From NCBI RefSeq assembly GCF_018977255.1, contig NW_024704742.1, positions 138,200,001 through 138,264,000 on the forward strand: a stretch of 64,000 nt of DNA, given 5' to 3'. A model generated the notes under the pieces. It was not told where the DNA came from and did not search any database. It saw only the letters and a list, made by a program, of their open reading frames with translations. Source of the stretch: Callorhinchus milii (Eukaryota). This document shows, piece after piece, positions 1 to 11,539 of this stretch (positions are counted from its first letter, which is position 1; each line of letters starts with the position of its first letter). The position numbers and the translations under genes were made by a program.

Positions 1-258
1 AAGACGAGGTGAGGATCTTGAAGTGGATCCTCTCTGGGACAGGAGCCGGTGCAGTCTGGCCAGGACTGGGGGGAGCGGGGAGCGGGGGTGGGGGGGGACG
101 GGGGGGGCCAGGACTGGGGGATCGGGAGTGGGGTTTGGTGCGGGTGAGAATGCGGGCGGCAGAGTTCTGGGTGATGTGGGCTGTATGGATGGTCGTGGAT
201 GGGCGACCGGCGCGGAGGGCGTTAGAGTAGTCCAACCGAGAGGTGGCAAAGGCAAAGA
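1..258 (-). mobile_element. L2 LINE ORF2 fragment
   Basis: Minus strand encodes LPVPERIHFKILTL, like the L2 C-terminal LHWLP..RI.FKIL motif. Confidence 0.75.
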
Positions 259-1024
259 ATTCCCGACTGTCCAGGACCTTGGGACGTCCTCCCAATGCGA
301 AAGGCGATATGTAAATGCAGTGTTGTATTGTAGTGTTGTTGTCTCTTCTGCAGGAATCAAGAGGGGAGAGAGCGCCATTTTGTGAGGGACATCTTCCTGT
401 GGTTGAGATGTTAAACCTCACTCCCCCGTCTGTGCCCCGTTCAGGTGGACGTTAAAGATCCCGCGACGCTGGCTGTCGGGAAAAGAGAAGGGAGTTTGTC
501 CATCTCTCCCGGGCTGGCAATTCCCCCCCCCAAAAAAATAATTGCTCACTCACTCCATGGCAGTTTGTGGGACGTTGCTGCGTCCGCCTGCAAAACACAG
601 TCACTACACTTGACGGCAATTCCAGGTGATAAGGCACTTTTGAGATGTTTGACAATGAGTGATGGGACTCTTGAGTCTCTCAGATGTTGGTTTTATTTTA
701 TTATGGGCCGGACACGGCCAACCCTTAGACCGGTCTCCTCACTCCACACACCTCTGTTTACCGGTGGTCAGTAGGAACCCGGTTGTTAGTCGAACGATGG
801 ATCACTTTCTGGGGGTAATAATCCCTTCAAATAAATAATGTGGTCACTCAATCCACGACTGTTTGTGGGACGCTGCGGTGGGCAGTTGGCTGCTGCAAAA
901 GACACAGTCACTACACTTTACAGTGTATCCTGTGAAGAGCTTTGAGACGTCTCGACGATGTGCTAAGGCGTTGGGTCAAATGCCAGGATTATTATTATTG
1001 TTGTTTGGGTTATATTTAATCCCA

Positions 1025-1097
1025 GCAGCAGGTGGCGCTGTTTCATTGCCTGCAATGAGCCGCGGTCTGAGAGGGTGACTGTGCCCCCTGGAGGCCA
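1025..1097. promoter_or_regulatory. Pair of CTCF-like motifs in opposite orientation
   Basis: gcagcaggtggcgc (+, about 1025) and tggcctccagggggcac (-, about 1081-1097) versus the core CCASYAGRKGGCRS. Confidence 0.55.
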
Positions 1098-1336
1098 TCA
1101 CACTCATTGCATCTCCCTTGGAGTCAGACTACGCGCTTCTCCACAGCTCCTGTTTGCGGGACGCTGCTGTGTGGAATTGGCTGCCACGTTTCGGCCACAA
1201 AATATACAGCCACTACACTTTACAGTGTATTCCGTGAAGCGCTTTCGGACGTCTCGAAGATAAGGCACTTTGTATAGTGTCTTTCACAACGGGAGGACAT
1301 CCCAGCGCCTTGGGGGCTGTGGGACTGTATTTTTCT

Positions 1337-1651
1337 ATTAATAATAATCCTCGCATTTGATATAGCGCTTTTCACGTCAGGAGGACGTCCCAAAGCGCTT
1401 CACAGAACACACTGTAAAGTGAATTGACTGTATATTTGTGGGCGAACGCGGCAGCCAATTGCGCACAGCAATGTCCCACAGACAGTCGTAGATTGAAAAT
1501 GACCAATTTATTATTGTTTTGTTTTGGAGGATTATTATTAGGCTCTGTGTGGAGTAAGGAAACTTGCCCGAGGTTTGGCCCTGACTGGACTTGAACTCAG
1601 GTCTCTCACTTGTAAGGCGAGTGCTCTAACCACTGAGCTACAGGACTCCAC
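1337..1651 (-). mobile_element. tRNA-Ala-derived CORE-like/Deu SINE, young short subfamily
   Basis: Head ggagtcctgtagctcagtggttagagcactcgc, ctcgggcaagtttccttac, Deu 3' block ctgtgcgcaattggctgcc, L2-like tail and (tta)n. Confidence 0.9.
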
Positions 1652-1822
1652 AATTGTATTTGCATTGTGTATCAAATGCAAGGATTATTATTATATTAGG
1701 TGACCAAAAGCTCAGTCAGAAAACTTGCTCTGGAGACGGACCTTGAACAAGGTGAGGGAGGGAGAGAGTTGGAGGGACTGTGGGATGGAGTTGCACTCAG
1801 TGGGATGCAATGGATGAAAGTC

Positions 1823-2615
1823 AACAACAACAACAACAACAAGATTCCATTTATAGAGCGCCTTTCACGTCAGGAGGACGTCCCAAGGCACTGCACAGTT
1901 GGGTCATGACCCGAGCATTGGGGAAATGGTCAGGGGACGGGAGGGAGCGAGGAGAGGGGGGATGGTCAGGGTGAGGGGAGGGAAGGGAGGGAGCGAGGAG
2001 GGGGAAATGGTCAGGGTGAGGGGAGAGAAGGGAGGGAGCGAGGAGGGGGGAAATGGTCAGGGTGAGGGGAGGGAAGGGAGGGAGCGAGGAGGGGTAGAGA
2101 GTTGAGAAGGGAGCTGAAGGCTCGGTCAAAGAGAAAGGTTTTGAGACCGGCCTTGAAGGAGGAGAGGGAGGAAGCGGCGAAGGCACTGGGGGATAGAGTT
2201 CCAGAGCCTTGGGGCTGAGAGGCTGAAGGCCCGACCACCGATGGTAGGGCGGTTGGGGCGGGGGACGTGGAGCAGACCGGAGCCAGAGGATCGGAGGGTA
2301 CGGGCAGGTACCTCTGATGGTGCAGCGGACTGGGTGGGGGACGTGAAGCAGGGCTGTGGCGGCTCAGCGGACGGTTGGGAGGGTGTTTGGGGATCCCAGA
2401 GGTAAGAAGGTTCAAGGCCGTGGAGGGTCTTGAAGGCGAGGATGAGGATTTTGAACTGTATCCTCTGGGGGATGGGGAGCCTGTGGAGCCGGGGGAGGGG
2501 GAGGGTGATGGGGTCATGGAGTCTGGTGTGGGAAAGGACATGAGCTGCAGAGTTCTGGATGATCTGCAGCTTGTGGAGGGAAGAGTTGGGGAGGCCAACA
2601 AACAGGGAGTTGGCG
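1823..2615 (-). mobile_element. L2 LINE 3' fragment with an internal tandem repeat of about 46 bp
   Basis: TIGGRAFS/SFKAGLKTFLF motifs, tail ...gtgaaaggcgctctataaatgg(ttg)n, repeat at about 1920-2095. Confidence 0.85.
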
Positions 2616-2619
2616 TGGA

Positions 2620-3530
2620 CAGCTATATTACATTGGATAGGTAACTGTTTGACGAGAAAAACCCGGAGGGTGGTGGTACAATGTCCACTGGGAAAATGTT
2701 ACCAGTGGAGTTCCACAAGGGTCTGTTTTGGGACCACTTGTGTTTAACATTTTTATAAATGATCTGGAACTGGGAGTCACAAGCGCAGTGGCTAAGTTGG
2801 CAGATGACACCAAACTAACGCAGGTGGTAGATTGCGTAACTGAACAAGAGAGGTTACAGGAGGATTTGAACAAACATACTTGGGAATTGGGCAGAACGGT
2901 GGCGGATGAAATTCAATGTGGAGAAATGTAAAGTACTTCACATGAGGACAAAAAATCCTGGAAGGGACTGTTACTTGAAAGGGAGGAAAATAATATGTGG
3001 AGTCCTGTAGATCAATGGTTTGCAAGCGAGAGACCTGAGTTCAATTCCAGACAGAGGGCGAAACCTTGGGCAAGTTTCCTTACTCCACACAGAGCCTAAT
3101 AATAATCTCTCCAAAACCAAAAACAATAATAAATTGGTCACTTCAATCCACGACTGTTTGTGGGACATTGCTGTGTGCAATTGGCTGCCGCGTTTCGCCC
3201 ACAAATATACAGTCAATACCCTTTACAGTATATCCTGTGAAGCGCTTTGAGACATCGAGAAGACGTGAAATGCGCTATATCAAATGCAAGGATTATTATT
3301 GTTATGTATTGAAAATGAAGAGGACCTGGGGTTCCTGATTGATAATAAATTGAAGCTCTTCCAACAATGCTCTGTGGCAGTGAGTAAAGCAAACCCAGAT
3401 GTTGGGATATATCAAAAGATTAATAGCAGCTGAAATGGTGGAGTAATCCAGTGAATAAATTGATGAGAATGTATTTAGATATTGTGTGCAGTTCTGGTTC
3501 CCACAGTACAAAAAGGATATTGCGGAAATC
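2620..3530 (+). mobile_element. CR1 LINE RT fragment interrupted by a SINE (2998-3303)
   Basis: [40 protein letters not shown], later YCVQFWFP-like sequence. Confidence 0.88.
2998..3303 (+). mobile_element. Same SINE family, inserted in CR1
   Basis: Same head, body and tail. Confidence 0.88.
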
Positions 3531-3555
3531 NNNNNNNNNNNNNNNNNNNNNNNNN
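3531..3555. other. Assembly gap (25 N)
   Basis: N run. Confidence 1.
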
Positions 3556-3758
3556 TCTCTCTCTCTCTTTCCATCGTGTCTGTGCTGGGGCTCGCTCCCC
3601 CACTGGAGCTCTTTACTGCGAGTTGTAGTTGTTGTTGTGATGGGAGGACGGTTGAGGAGTAGGTGGTCGAGGAAGGAGAAGATCAATTGGGCTGAAAGAT
3701 CTTCTTCAAGTGCGAGCTTGTGAAGCCTCTAACCTTCCCCTCTGTCTCCGCGGCCCAG

Positions 3759-3910
3759 CAATACTTTGACGTGCCGATCCCGGTGGAGGTGCTGGTGGAG
3801 TACATGGACACGTTCCCCTCCCGGCAGCTGGAGATTGAGGAGGAGAGGAGGAGAGGTGTGACCTGCACCAAGCAGGACAGCCCCACAAACATCAACGCTC
3901 TGCTCTCCAG
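3759..3910 (+). CDS. CCDC80-like: CCDC80-like coding exon 4 (152 bp), on the opposite strand to exons 1-3
   Basis: ctaac branch + pyrimidine tract + cag|QYFDVPIPVEVLVEYMDTFPSRQLEIEEERRRGVTCTKQDSPTNINALLS(R)|gtacgt, phase 0 to 2. Matches recalled QYYEVPITMKSVFDLIDTFQSRIKDMEKQKKEGIVCKEDKKQSLENFLSR, the segment directly after exon 3. Confidence 0.9.
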
Positions 3911-3949
3911 GTACGTGTCACTCTCTCCTTCCCGACCCCGTGCACTACA

Positions 3950-4270
3950 CTGGAGTCCTGGCGTGTAGTGGATTGAGCGCTCGCCTCGCTAGCCAGACGA
4001 CCTGGGTTTGATTCCCGGGCAGGGCAAAACCTTTGGCAAGTTTCCCCGCCCGGCTCCCCACCACCATCGGTGGTCGGGCCTTCAGCCTCTCTGCCCCCAC
4101 CCTTTGGAACTCCATCCCACAGTCCCTTCACCTCGCTCCCTCCTTCGCCTCCTTCAAGGCCCGTCTCAAGACCCTCCTCTTGTACTGCGCTTTCTCACCC
4201 TACCCTCCCTGTCCCCCCCCCACCCCTCCTGATCTCAACCCCAATTTGGGTCCAATTCCCTGATTGTCCA
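3950..4270 (+). mobile_element. SINE head fused to an L2 3' fragment
   Basis: SINE head 3950-4046, then PTTIGGRAFSLSAPTLWNSIP...SFKARLKTLL. Confidence 0.8.
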
Positions 4271-5075
4271 ACTGAGTTCCCGTGTGCCAATGCAGACGGC
4301 CATTACCCCCAAACACTCCCCCAGCCCTCCCTTCTCCTATCAGGAAAAGAGAAGGCGGTTTCTCTCCCCCTCTCTCTCTCTCTCTCCCTCTTCCGGTTTC
4401 CTGGCCAACAATCCCCCAGATCGCTTGATTTGGGGGTTCTCAAACCCAGTCACTACACTCCTCTGTTATTATTTGTGCAGAGTTTTGCTACGAGAAATTG
4501 CTAAAAAAGATGCAAACTTCTCCCCAATTTTTCCCCAAATTCCACTCAGTCCGAGAGGCCTTTGATTCCTAAGTTTAAGGTGTAATTAATAATCTAAATA
4601 ATATCACGATGGCAACACGCTTTCCCCAGATCTGCACCAGTTTCCATCTTACGTTTGCTGATGAAAAAGGTATTGCAGGCTGAGGCGAGGCGGAATTCGT
4701 GGGTTCCTGGGTGGGAGGGGAGGGGTTCAGTGTCACAAGGCAGTGGGAGTCATGTAGCTACGAGGCAGTGAGATGTGAGATGTCCCACATGGCGCCCGCA
4801 GTGACTCTGTGCTTTAAGGTTACAGTGGAAACGACGGCTGTTAATAGTCTCCTCTCCCGACGAGGACGAGTGGGCCTTTCATCAGCAGCAGGGAATGGGG
4901 TTATAGAGGAACAAGGAGAGGGGTAGGAGAGAGAGAGCAGGGAATGGGATGAGAGGGGGGCTAGGGGGAGAGGGTGTGCGGGAAGAGAGAGGATGGTGGA
5001 GGGGAAGTGGGAGAGCGTTGGAAAGTGCTGAACGGGATATGGAGAGAATCTCTCGTGGCTCAGCTAACCTCTCAC

Positions 5076-5209
5076 CTTGATTTTCATATCATAGTCTGTT
5101 AGGACCATAAAGAACTCGTTAAACGTCATGCCGTAGTGTTCTCGGAGCTGTGCGGGGAGGGCGGGGCTCAGCGAGTCGGTAGACACAGACCTGAAGGGCG
5201 CCTCCTTCT
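5076..5209 (-). CDS. CCDC80-like: CCDC80-like coding exon 3 (134 bp)
   Basis: ctctgtag|EKEAPFRSVSTDSLSPALPAQLREHYGMTFNEFFMVLTDYDMKIK|gtgaga, phase 1 to 0, in frame with exon 2. Matches recalled LRKEYGMTYNDFFMVLTDVDLRVK. Not in the ORF track. Confidence 0.93.
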
Positions 5210-5220
5210 CTACAGAGAGA

Positions 5221-5900
5221 CAACAACAACAAAATTATATTTATAGAGCGCCTTTCACGTCGGGAGGACATCCCAAAGCACTGGACAGTCAGGGGTCAGG
5301 GCCCGAGCATGGGGTATGGGTGAGGGAAGGCAGAGAGATGGGAGGGCGAACAAAGGCACGGTCGAAGAGAAGGGTCTTGAGACCGGCCTTGAAGGAGGCG
5401 AGGGAGGAAGTGAGGCGAAGGGGCCGTGGGATGGAGTTCCAGAGTGTGGGAGCAGAGAGGCTGAAAGCCCGGCCACCGATGGTAGGGCGGGTCGGGCGGG
5501 AGACATGGAGCAGCCGGAGCCCACTGAACGGAGGGAGCGGGCAGGTTGGTAGGTCAGAGAGGTAGGAGGGGGCAAGGCCATGGATGGCCCTGAAAGTGAG
5601 GACGAGGATCTTGAATTTGAGACCAGCAGAAATCACAACAACAACAACAACAACTTGTATTTATACAGCGCCCTTCACATATAGCGTCCCAGAGCACTTG
5701 ACAGTGACGGAATCTGACACCAGGCCAAGGGGGAGAGGTATGGGGAAGATTTTTAGGCGGGATTTCAAATTGGGGAGGGAGAGGGTGAGGTCGAGGCGGA
5801 GGGATTGAGGGAGGGAGTTCCAGAGTTTTGGGGTGTAGTGACTGAAGGCACTGCCACCAATGGTGGATTGGAGGGAACGAGGGAGGGCGGAACCAGGCGA
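5221..5900 (-). mobile_element. Two adjacent L2 3' fragments of different subfamilies
   Basis: FKILVLTFRAIHGLAPSYL and IGGSAFSHYTPKLWNSLP, each with a (ttg)n tail. Confidence 0.85.
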
Positions 5901-7339
5901 GCGGGGAATCTGGAACTCTATCTCTCTCTCCACTAAAAGGCTGTGGATTATGTCTGGATCCATTCATGTTGTCCAGACTGAGGTGGTGAGATGTTTGGTA
6001 GGTCAGAGGATCCAGGGATATGGGGAAAAGGCGCGTAATTGGAGTTGATCGGCCATGATCTTATAGAATGGCAGAACAGGCTTGAGGGGCTGAATGGCCT
6101 CTTCCTGTTCCTATGGTCTGGCCTCTCTGCCCCTGGTCTATCAGGTCAGTCAACTGTAGAGGGTATCACAGCCAAGTCTGACCTCTCTCCACCTGGCTGA
6201 CACACACCTACACACACACACACACGTACATAACCATTAGAGGGTGCTGTAGGAGAGTAGGAGCAGGAACTCTCTACGATTTCCTAATGAATAATCTTTT
6301 GATGAATGGAATAACTTTCCATTAACTTTCCGTAACTCACTGAGGATCTGAGAGACTGAGATCAGGATTCAGGTGAGCGAGCAATCAATCGAGGTGGGGG
6401 TGTTGGTGGGGTGGGGTGGGGGGGGGAGGAGATTGTTGGCCGGGACACTGGGCAACAGAAAGAGAGAATAGCGCTGCAGGAGATCTTTAATGTCCGATTT
6501 GACGCTGCATTCCCAGAGACGCCGTCCTTCAGATGAGACGTTAAACCTCACTCCCCGTCCGCGCCCTGTTCAGGTGGACTTTAAAGATCCCGCGGCTCTG
6601 TCGGGAAAAGAGAAGGGGGTTTCTCTCTCTCTCTCTCTCTCTCTCCCGGTGTCCTGGCCGACAATCTTCTGGATTAATCGCTCGTTCACCTCACAGCTGT
6701 ATGAAGGTGCGTGTGGGTGGAGCTTCGCTCCGTGCAAAATAAGATGCCGCATCCGTCTGCCTTAAAAACAGTCACCTCACCACCCAGCATCACCCTGGCA
6801 GGTGCGTTGAGCATTCCCAGGCACGTAAACAGTCCTGACGAGGGCCAGGGAGATGTCCCCCGGGGTTAGAGCCGGGAATGCACGGATGACGTCCGTCCAT
6901 CAATCGCCCTTGATTTGTGGCTCTGTGATTGACAGGAGGCCGGTGGCAAAGATCAGGGGGTCACGTCCTCTTTGCACGTGAGCAACATTCCTTAAATTGA
7001 CGTCTTCGTCTGTGCATCGGGCGAAGAGCAGCCAAACCTCCACAGCTACGCACTTCTCACTTGATAACAATAATGACAATCCTCGCATTTGACACAGCGC
7101 CCGATCACGTCTTCGAGACGTCCCAAAGCGCTTCACAGGTTACACTGTAAAGTGTTGTGACTGTGTATTTTGTGGACCCACCGTGAAACCCACCCTCGAT
7201 CCCCAGCCCTACCCCTCTCCTTACTGCCCAGCTCCACCTCCTTGCCCCTCGGTTCACAGACACCATCGACCTCTCCTGCCCTTAACACCGCGGCTTTCAC
7301 GTCACCATGTCTCAAAGCGCTTCTCAGGATTAGCTGTCG

Positions 7340-7750
7340 AGCGTGACAGTCCGTACCACGCTCACCTCTGAGTCAGAAGTTTGTGGGTTCAAGCCCCATG
7401 ACGGGACTCAGTGTCTGGACTGACAACCCAGTGCAGAGCCGGGGGAACAGAGAGCACTGCATTATCAGAGCCGCCATCCTTCAGATGAGACGTTAGTCCG
7501 TCTGTGCCCTGTTCAGGTGGACGTTAAAGATCCCACAGCGCTGTTCAAAAACAGAAGGGAGTTCCTCTCTCTCTCTCTCTCTCTCCTGGTTTTCTGCCCG
7601 ACAATTCCCCAAGTAAAACCCGTCACTCACTTTATGGCTGTTTGTAGGACTTGGCTAAGTGCAAATTGGCTGCCACATTCACCTATAAAAACACACAGTC
7701 ACTACACTTTGTGGTAAACGTGGAGCACTTCTGAGATGTCCTCCTGATGC
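7340..7750 (+). mobile_element. Deu-domain SINE (SacSINE1/AmnSINE-like)
   Basis: ttcagatgagacgtta...caggtggacgttaaagatcccac...gaaggga...gctgtttgtagga...aattggctgcc. Further pieces near 395-650, 6510-6780, 7815-8045(-) and 29100-29360(-). Confidence 0.82.
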
Positions 7751-8650
7751 GGCAGCAGATCAGCAATGTCCCACAAACAGCCATGAAGTGGATGGGCAAT
7801 ATTCCCCACAGCCCCGCGGCATCTTTAACGTCCGCCTGAACAGGGCGCAGACGGGGAGTGAGGTTTAACGTCTCATCTGAAGGACGGCGTCTCTGACAAT
7901 GCGTCTCTCTCTCTCTCTCTCTCTCCCCCCACCCCAGCGCAGCAATGGAGCATCAGCCTGGACCGTGAGCTCAGAGCCCCCGACGTGTTGGGCTCGAACC
8001 CACAAACCTCCTCACTGAGAGGCGAGAGTGTGAGCGACTGAGCCGGGCTGTCGCCACAAACGCCAACAAATTGCAATCACGAAGCACCCCTTCAGGTCAG
8101 CAACGACAACAAATTACGCTTGTGTGGGGCCCTTCACGTCGGAAAGACGCCCCAAGGCTCTGGTGACACGAATGCAAAGCGTAGGGACTTCCGTCAGCAA
8201 ACGCAGCAGGCGTTTTGCGCACAACGGCGTCTCACTAACAGTCGTGAAGTGAGCAAGCGATTGTATCTGGGGGCTCGTGGAGTCCTGTGCTGTAGCGGTC
8301 AGATCACTCGCCTCACAACCAAGAGGACTGTTTGTGGGACACCGACGTGCGCAATTGGCCGCCGTGTTTCGCCCACGAAGAGCACAGTCACTCCGCCTTA
8401 CGCTATATTGTGCGCAGCTCTACGAGACGCCATAATGCTCCATATCAACGACATTACGACGGGTTGTGTCGAATGCCAGGAATAATATAATGACTGTGTA
8501 TTTTGGAGGAGAACACGGCAGCCAATGTGCAGGGAGGTGACGGCTCACACACAGTCGTGAAGTGAGCGAGCGATTATATCTGGGAGATTGAGCCCCCCCC
8601 ACCCCCACACGCCCACTTCGCAGCTGCCGCTGGCCGGGGTCCGCACTCAC

Positions 8651-8807
8651 CGAGCTGGTAGGTCTCCACGCTGAGGTTGCTGTTGGAGATGGAGCCCAGG
8701 ATGGACACCACACTGACCTTGCGCAAGGCCAGCTCACACACGTGCTCCAGGTACAGGTCTCTCTGCCGGACATGGTGCTCTGTCTCCCTGCCCGGTGCCG
8801 TGATAAT
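8651..8807 (-). CDS. CCDC80-like: CCDC80-like coding exon 2 (157 bp)
   Basis: gtgcag|IITAPGRETEHHVRQRDLYLEHVCELALRKVSVVSILGSISNSNLSVETYQL|gtgagt, phase 0 to 1. Matches recalled CCDC80 LITAPKAENNMYVQQRDEYLESFCKMATRKISVITIFG. Confidence 0.93.
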
Positions 8808-9471
8808 CTGCACGAACACAGGCGGACGGCAGTGTCACCAACAACACAATGACAATAATAATCCTTTGCATTCGACACAGCCCCTCATCACGTCTTCGAG
8901 ACGTCTCAAAGCGCTTCGCAGGATACACTGCCTCCTCGCTGACTCCATCCAGGTTAAGGAAGATGTCACGAAAATTATGGCGTTCACTCACACACAGACA
9001 GACACACACTGACTCACACACACACACACAGTCACACACACACACACACAGTCACACACACACACAGTCACACACACACACACAGTCAGTCACACACATA
9101 CACACACTGACACACACAGTCACTCACACACACACACTGACTCACAGACACACAGTCACTCACTCACACACACACACACACACACACGCATCCTCTGGGC
9201 ATCTAAATACAGATGGGGGGTGGGGGGTGGGGGGGGAGAGCAGGGAATGGGGTTAGAGTATAGAGAGAGCTCCAGTGGGTGGGGGGGGGGATTTTGGGGG
9301 TGTTAAAAGCAGGTCTTCCTTTGGTTCTACACCAAGTCCTGAGCAGGAGAGGGGGCAGTGGTGGGGGGGTAGTGTGGGGGGAGAGGGCAGTGTGGGGAGA
9401 GGGCAGTGTGGGGGGGCAGTGGGGAGGGGGGGAGGGAGCAATGGGGGTGGGGGGGGTGGAGTCACACTTAC

Positions 9472-11529
9472 TAGCAATCGCCTCTTGTTCTGAAAGTGTC
9501 TCAGAAACCCCTGCAGGTCCTGGCTGGGTGGGGGGCCGGGGGGGTCGCCTCTCCGCTTCTCTTTCTTCCTCCTGTCCTTTCGGTTCCTCTTTTGCCCCCG
9601 CTTGCGCTTCCTGCCTCCGCGTTTGCCCCCCCTGGTGGAGTTGCGGTCTCTCTGGCCGCCCTTGGCTTGGGGGGGCTTGGGGATGGGGTCAGGGGGGTCA
9701 CCCGGCCTCTCCCCCTCGCCCTCGCTCGCTGGCCCCGGCTGCCTGACGGGGTTACCCCCCAAGGTTGGGCTGGAGGAGAGGGCGGGTGGGGGCTTTGCGC
9801 TGGTGCTGACCCACTGAGCGGCCCCCAAACTGGGCTGAGGGTTCCTGGATGTCCCCAAACCCCTCTCCCGCTCCCCGGGGGCTGCTGAGCTGGTGTCGCC
9901 TTGTCTGGGGGTCCGATCGCTGGGGTCCCGGGCGGTGTTGGTCGGGGGCTCGGGGTGTAGCCGAGGAAGGGTGGGTGGGTGCGGGCGGCGATGGGAAGGT
10001 CTCTCCCTCTTGGAGGCCAACATCTGGCTCACCCTCTGCCTGACCCTCTCCAACAGTGAGGTCTCCCCTCGCCGCCCAGACCCTCTGCCCGCAACCGCAG
10101 CTCTCGCTCCGACCCCAACCCCAACCCCACTCCCAGCCCCAACCCCACTCCCAACCCCACTCCCAACCCCACTCCCGACCCTATTCCCAGCCCCAACCCC
10201 ACTCCCAGCCCCAACCCACTCCCAGCCCCAACCCCACTCCCAGCCCCAACCCCACTCCCAACCCCACTCCCAACCCCACTCCCGACCCTATTCCCAGCTC
10301 CAACCCCATGTGGAGCCCTAACCCCGTGATGGAGCCCATTCCCAGCCCTGGCAAACGCCTTGCGCCTCTGCGCACTGCCCGCCGCCCGGGTGGCGGCCCC
10401 CCCTGGCCCGCGGGCCCGCTGCCTGTGAGCCTTACACTGGACCTGGAAGCCCCGACGCCGGGTTTTCTCCATCCGCATGCGGGGCAGCGCGTCCACCGCC
10501 TCCAGGGCCGCCTGCGCCCGCACAGCGTAGGGGAAGCGCTCCCGGACGCCCAGGTCCTTCCCCAACACCAGGAGAGCGAACTCGCCGGCGTCCAGCGCAA
10601 AATAGCGCCTCATATTGGCCACCACGGGGGGGGGCACCGCCTGGCGGCCGGACACAAGCCCCCGGGGGGAGACCCTCACCACCCAGCCCCCCCCGGGGCT
10701 CCCCCAGGGCTCCCCCCGGGCCCCCCCCCAGGGCTCCCCCCGGGGCTCCCCCCGGGGCTCCCCCCGGGGACCCCCTCAGCCCCGAGCAGCAGTAGGAGGT
10801 GGAGGTCCCTCTCGGCCAATTGACAGCCCAACTCCCTGTTCCTCTCCAGGTCCAGTTGCTGCTCCATCAGACGGTAGGAGGGGTCCTCGGGACCGGGGGC
10901 GGACAGCACCAGCCACCGGTACCGCCCCGCGTAGGGGGCCAGTAACCCCAGCCCCGCCCCGGCCAGGACCCCCCCAGCCCCCCGCCCGCCCTGCCCCCCC
11001 GCCCCCCCCCAGCCCCCCGCCCCCCCCCAGGCCCCCGCCCGCCCTGCCCCCCCCGCCCCCCCCAGCCCCGCCCCGGCCAGGACCCCCCCAGGCCCCCGCC
11101 CGCCCTGCCCCCCCCGCCCCCCCCAGGCCCCGCCCGCCCTGCCCCCCCCGCCCCCCCCAGGCCCCGCCCGCCCTGCCCCCCCCGCCCCCCCAGCCCCCCG
11201 TCCCCCACCCAGAGATACCCCTCCCCGGCTCCCCCTCCCTCACCCCCTCCCTCACCCCCTCCCTCACCCCCTCCCCCTCCCTCACCCCCTCCCTCTCCCT
11301 CACCCCCTCCCCCTCCCTCACCCTCACCCCCTCCCTCACCCTCACCCCCTCCCTCACCCCCCTCACCCTCACCCCCTCCCTCACCCTCACCCCCCCCCTC
11401 ACCCCCTCCCCCTCCCCTCACCCTCACCCCCTCCCCCTCCCTCACCCTCACCCCCTCCCTCACCCCCTCCCTCTCGCCCCCCGTCTGCCCCAAAGCCAAC
11501 AGCAGCAGCAGGAGGGTCCCCCAAGTCAT
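9472..11529 (-). CDS. CCDC80-like: CCDC80-like secreted protein, large first coding exon (signal peptide, low-complexity repeats, DUF4174 domain 1, Lys/Arg-rich stretch, start of domain 2); several apparent frameshifts
   Basis: ATG at 11529 gives [18 protein letters not shown] (signal peptide). [27 protein letters not shown]...CQLAERDL and [51 protein letters not shown] match CCDC80 domain 1 as recalled (FAGKNRVWVISAP...ERYPYPVRLEAMYEVIDQGPIRRIEKIRQKGFVQKCKA). Ends FQNKRRLL then donor gtaagt at 9471. Frame breaks lie in G/C runs and repeats. Confidence 0.9.
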
Positions 11530-11539
11530 CTCCTCTGCC

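Noticed and set aside
6936..6977. Plus-strand AG/GT-bounded segment as a continuation after the flipped exon
   Set aside because: The peptide (RPVAKIRGSRPLC) does not resemble the expected FRWRRRLL exon. No plus-strand downstream CCDC80 exon was found.
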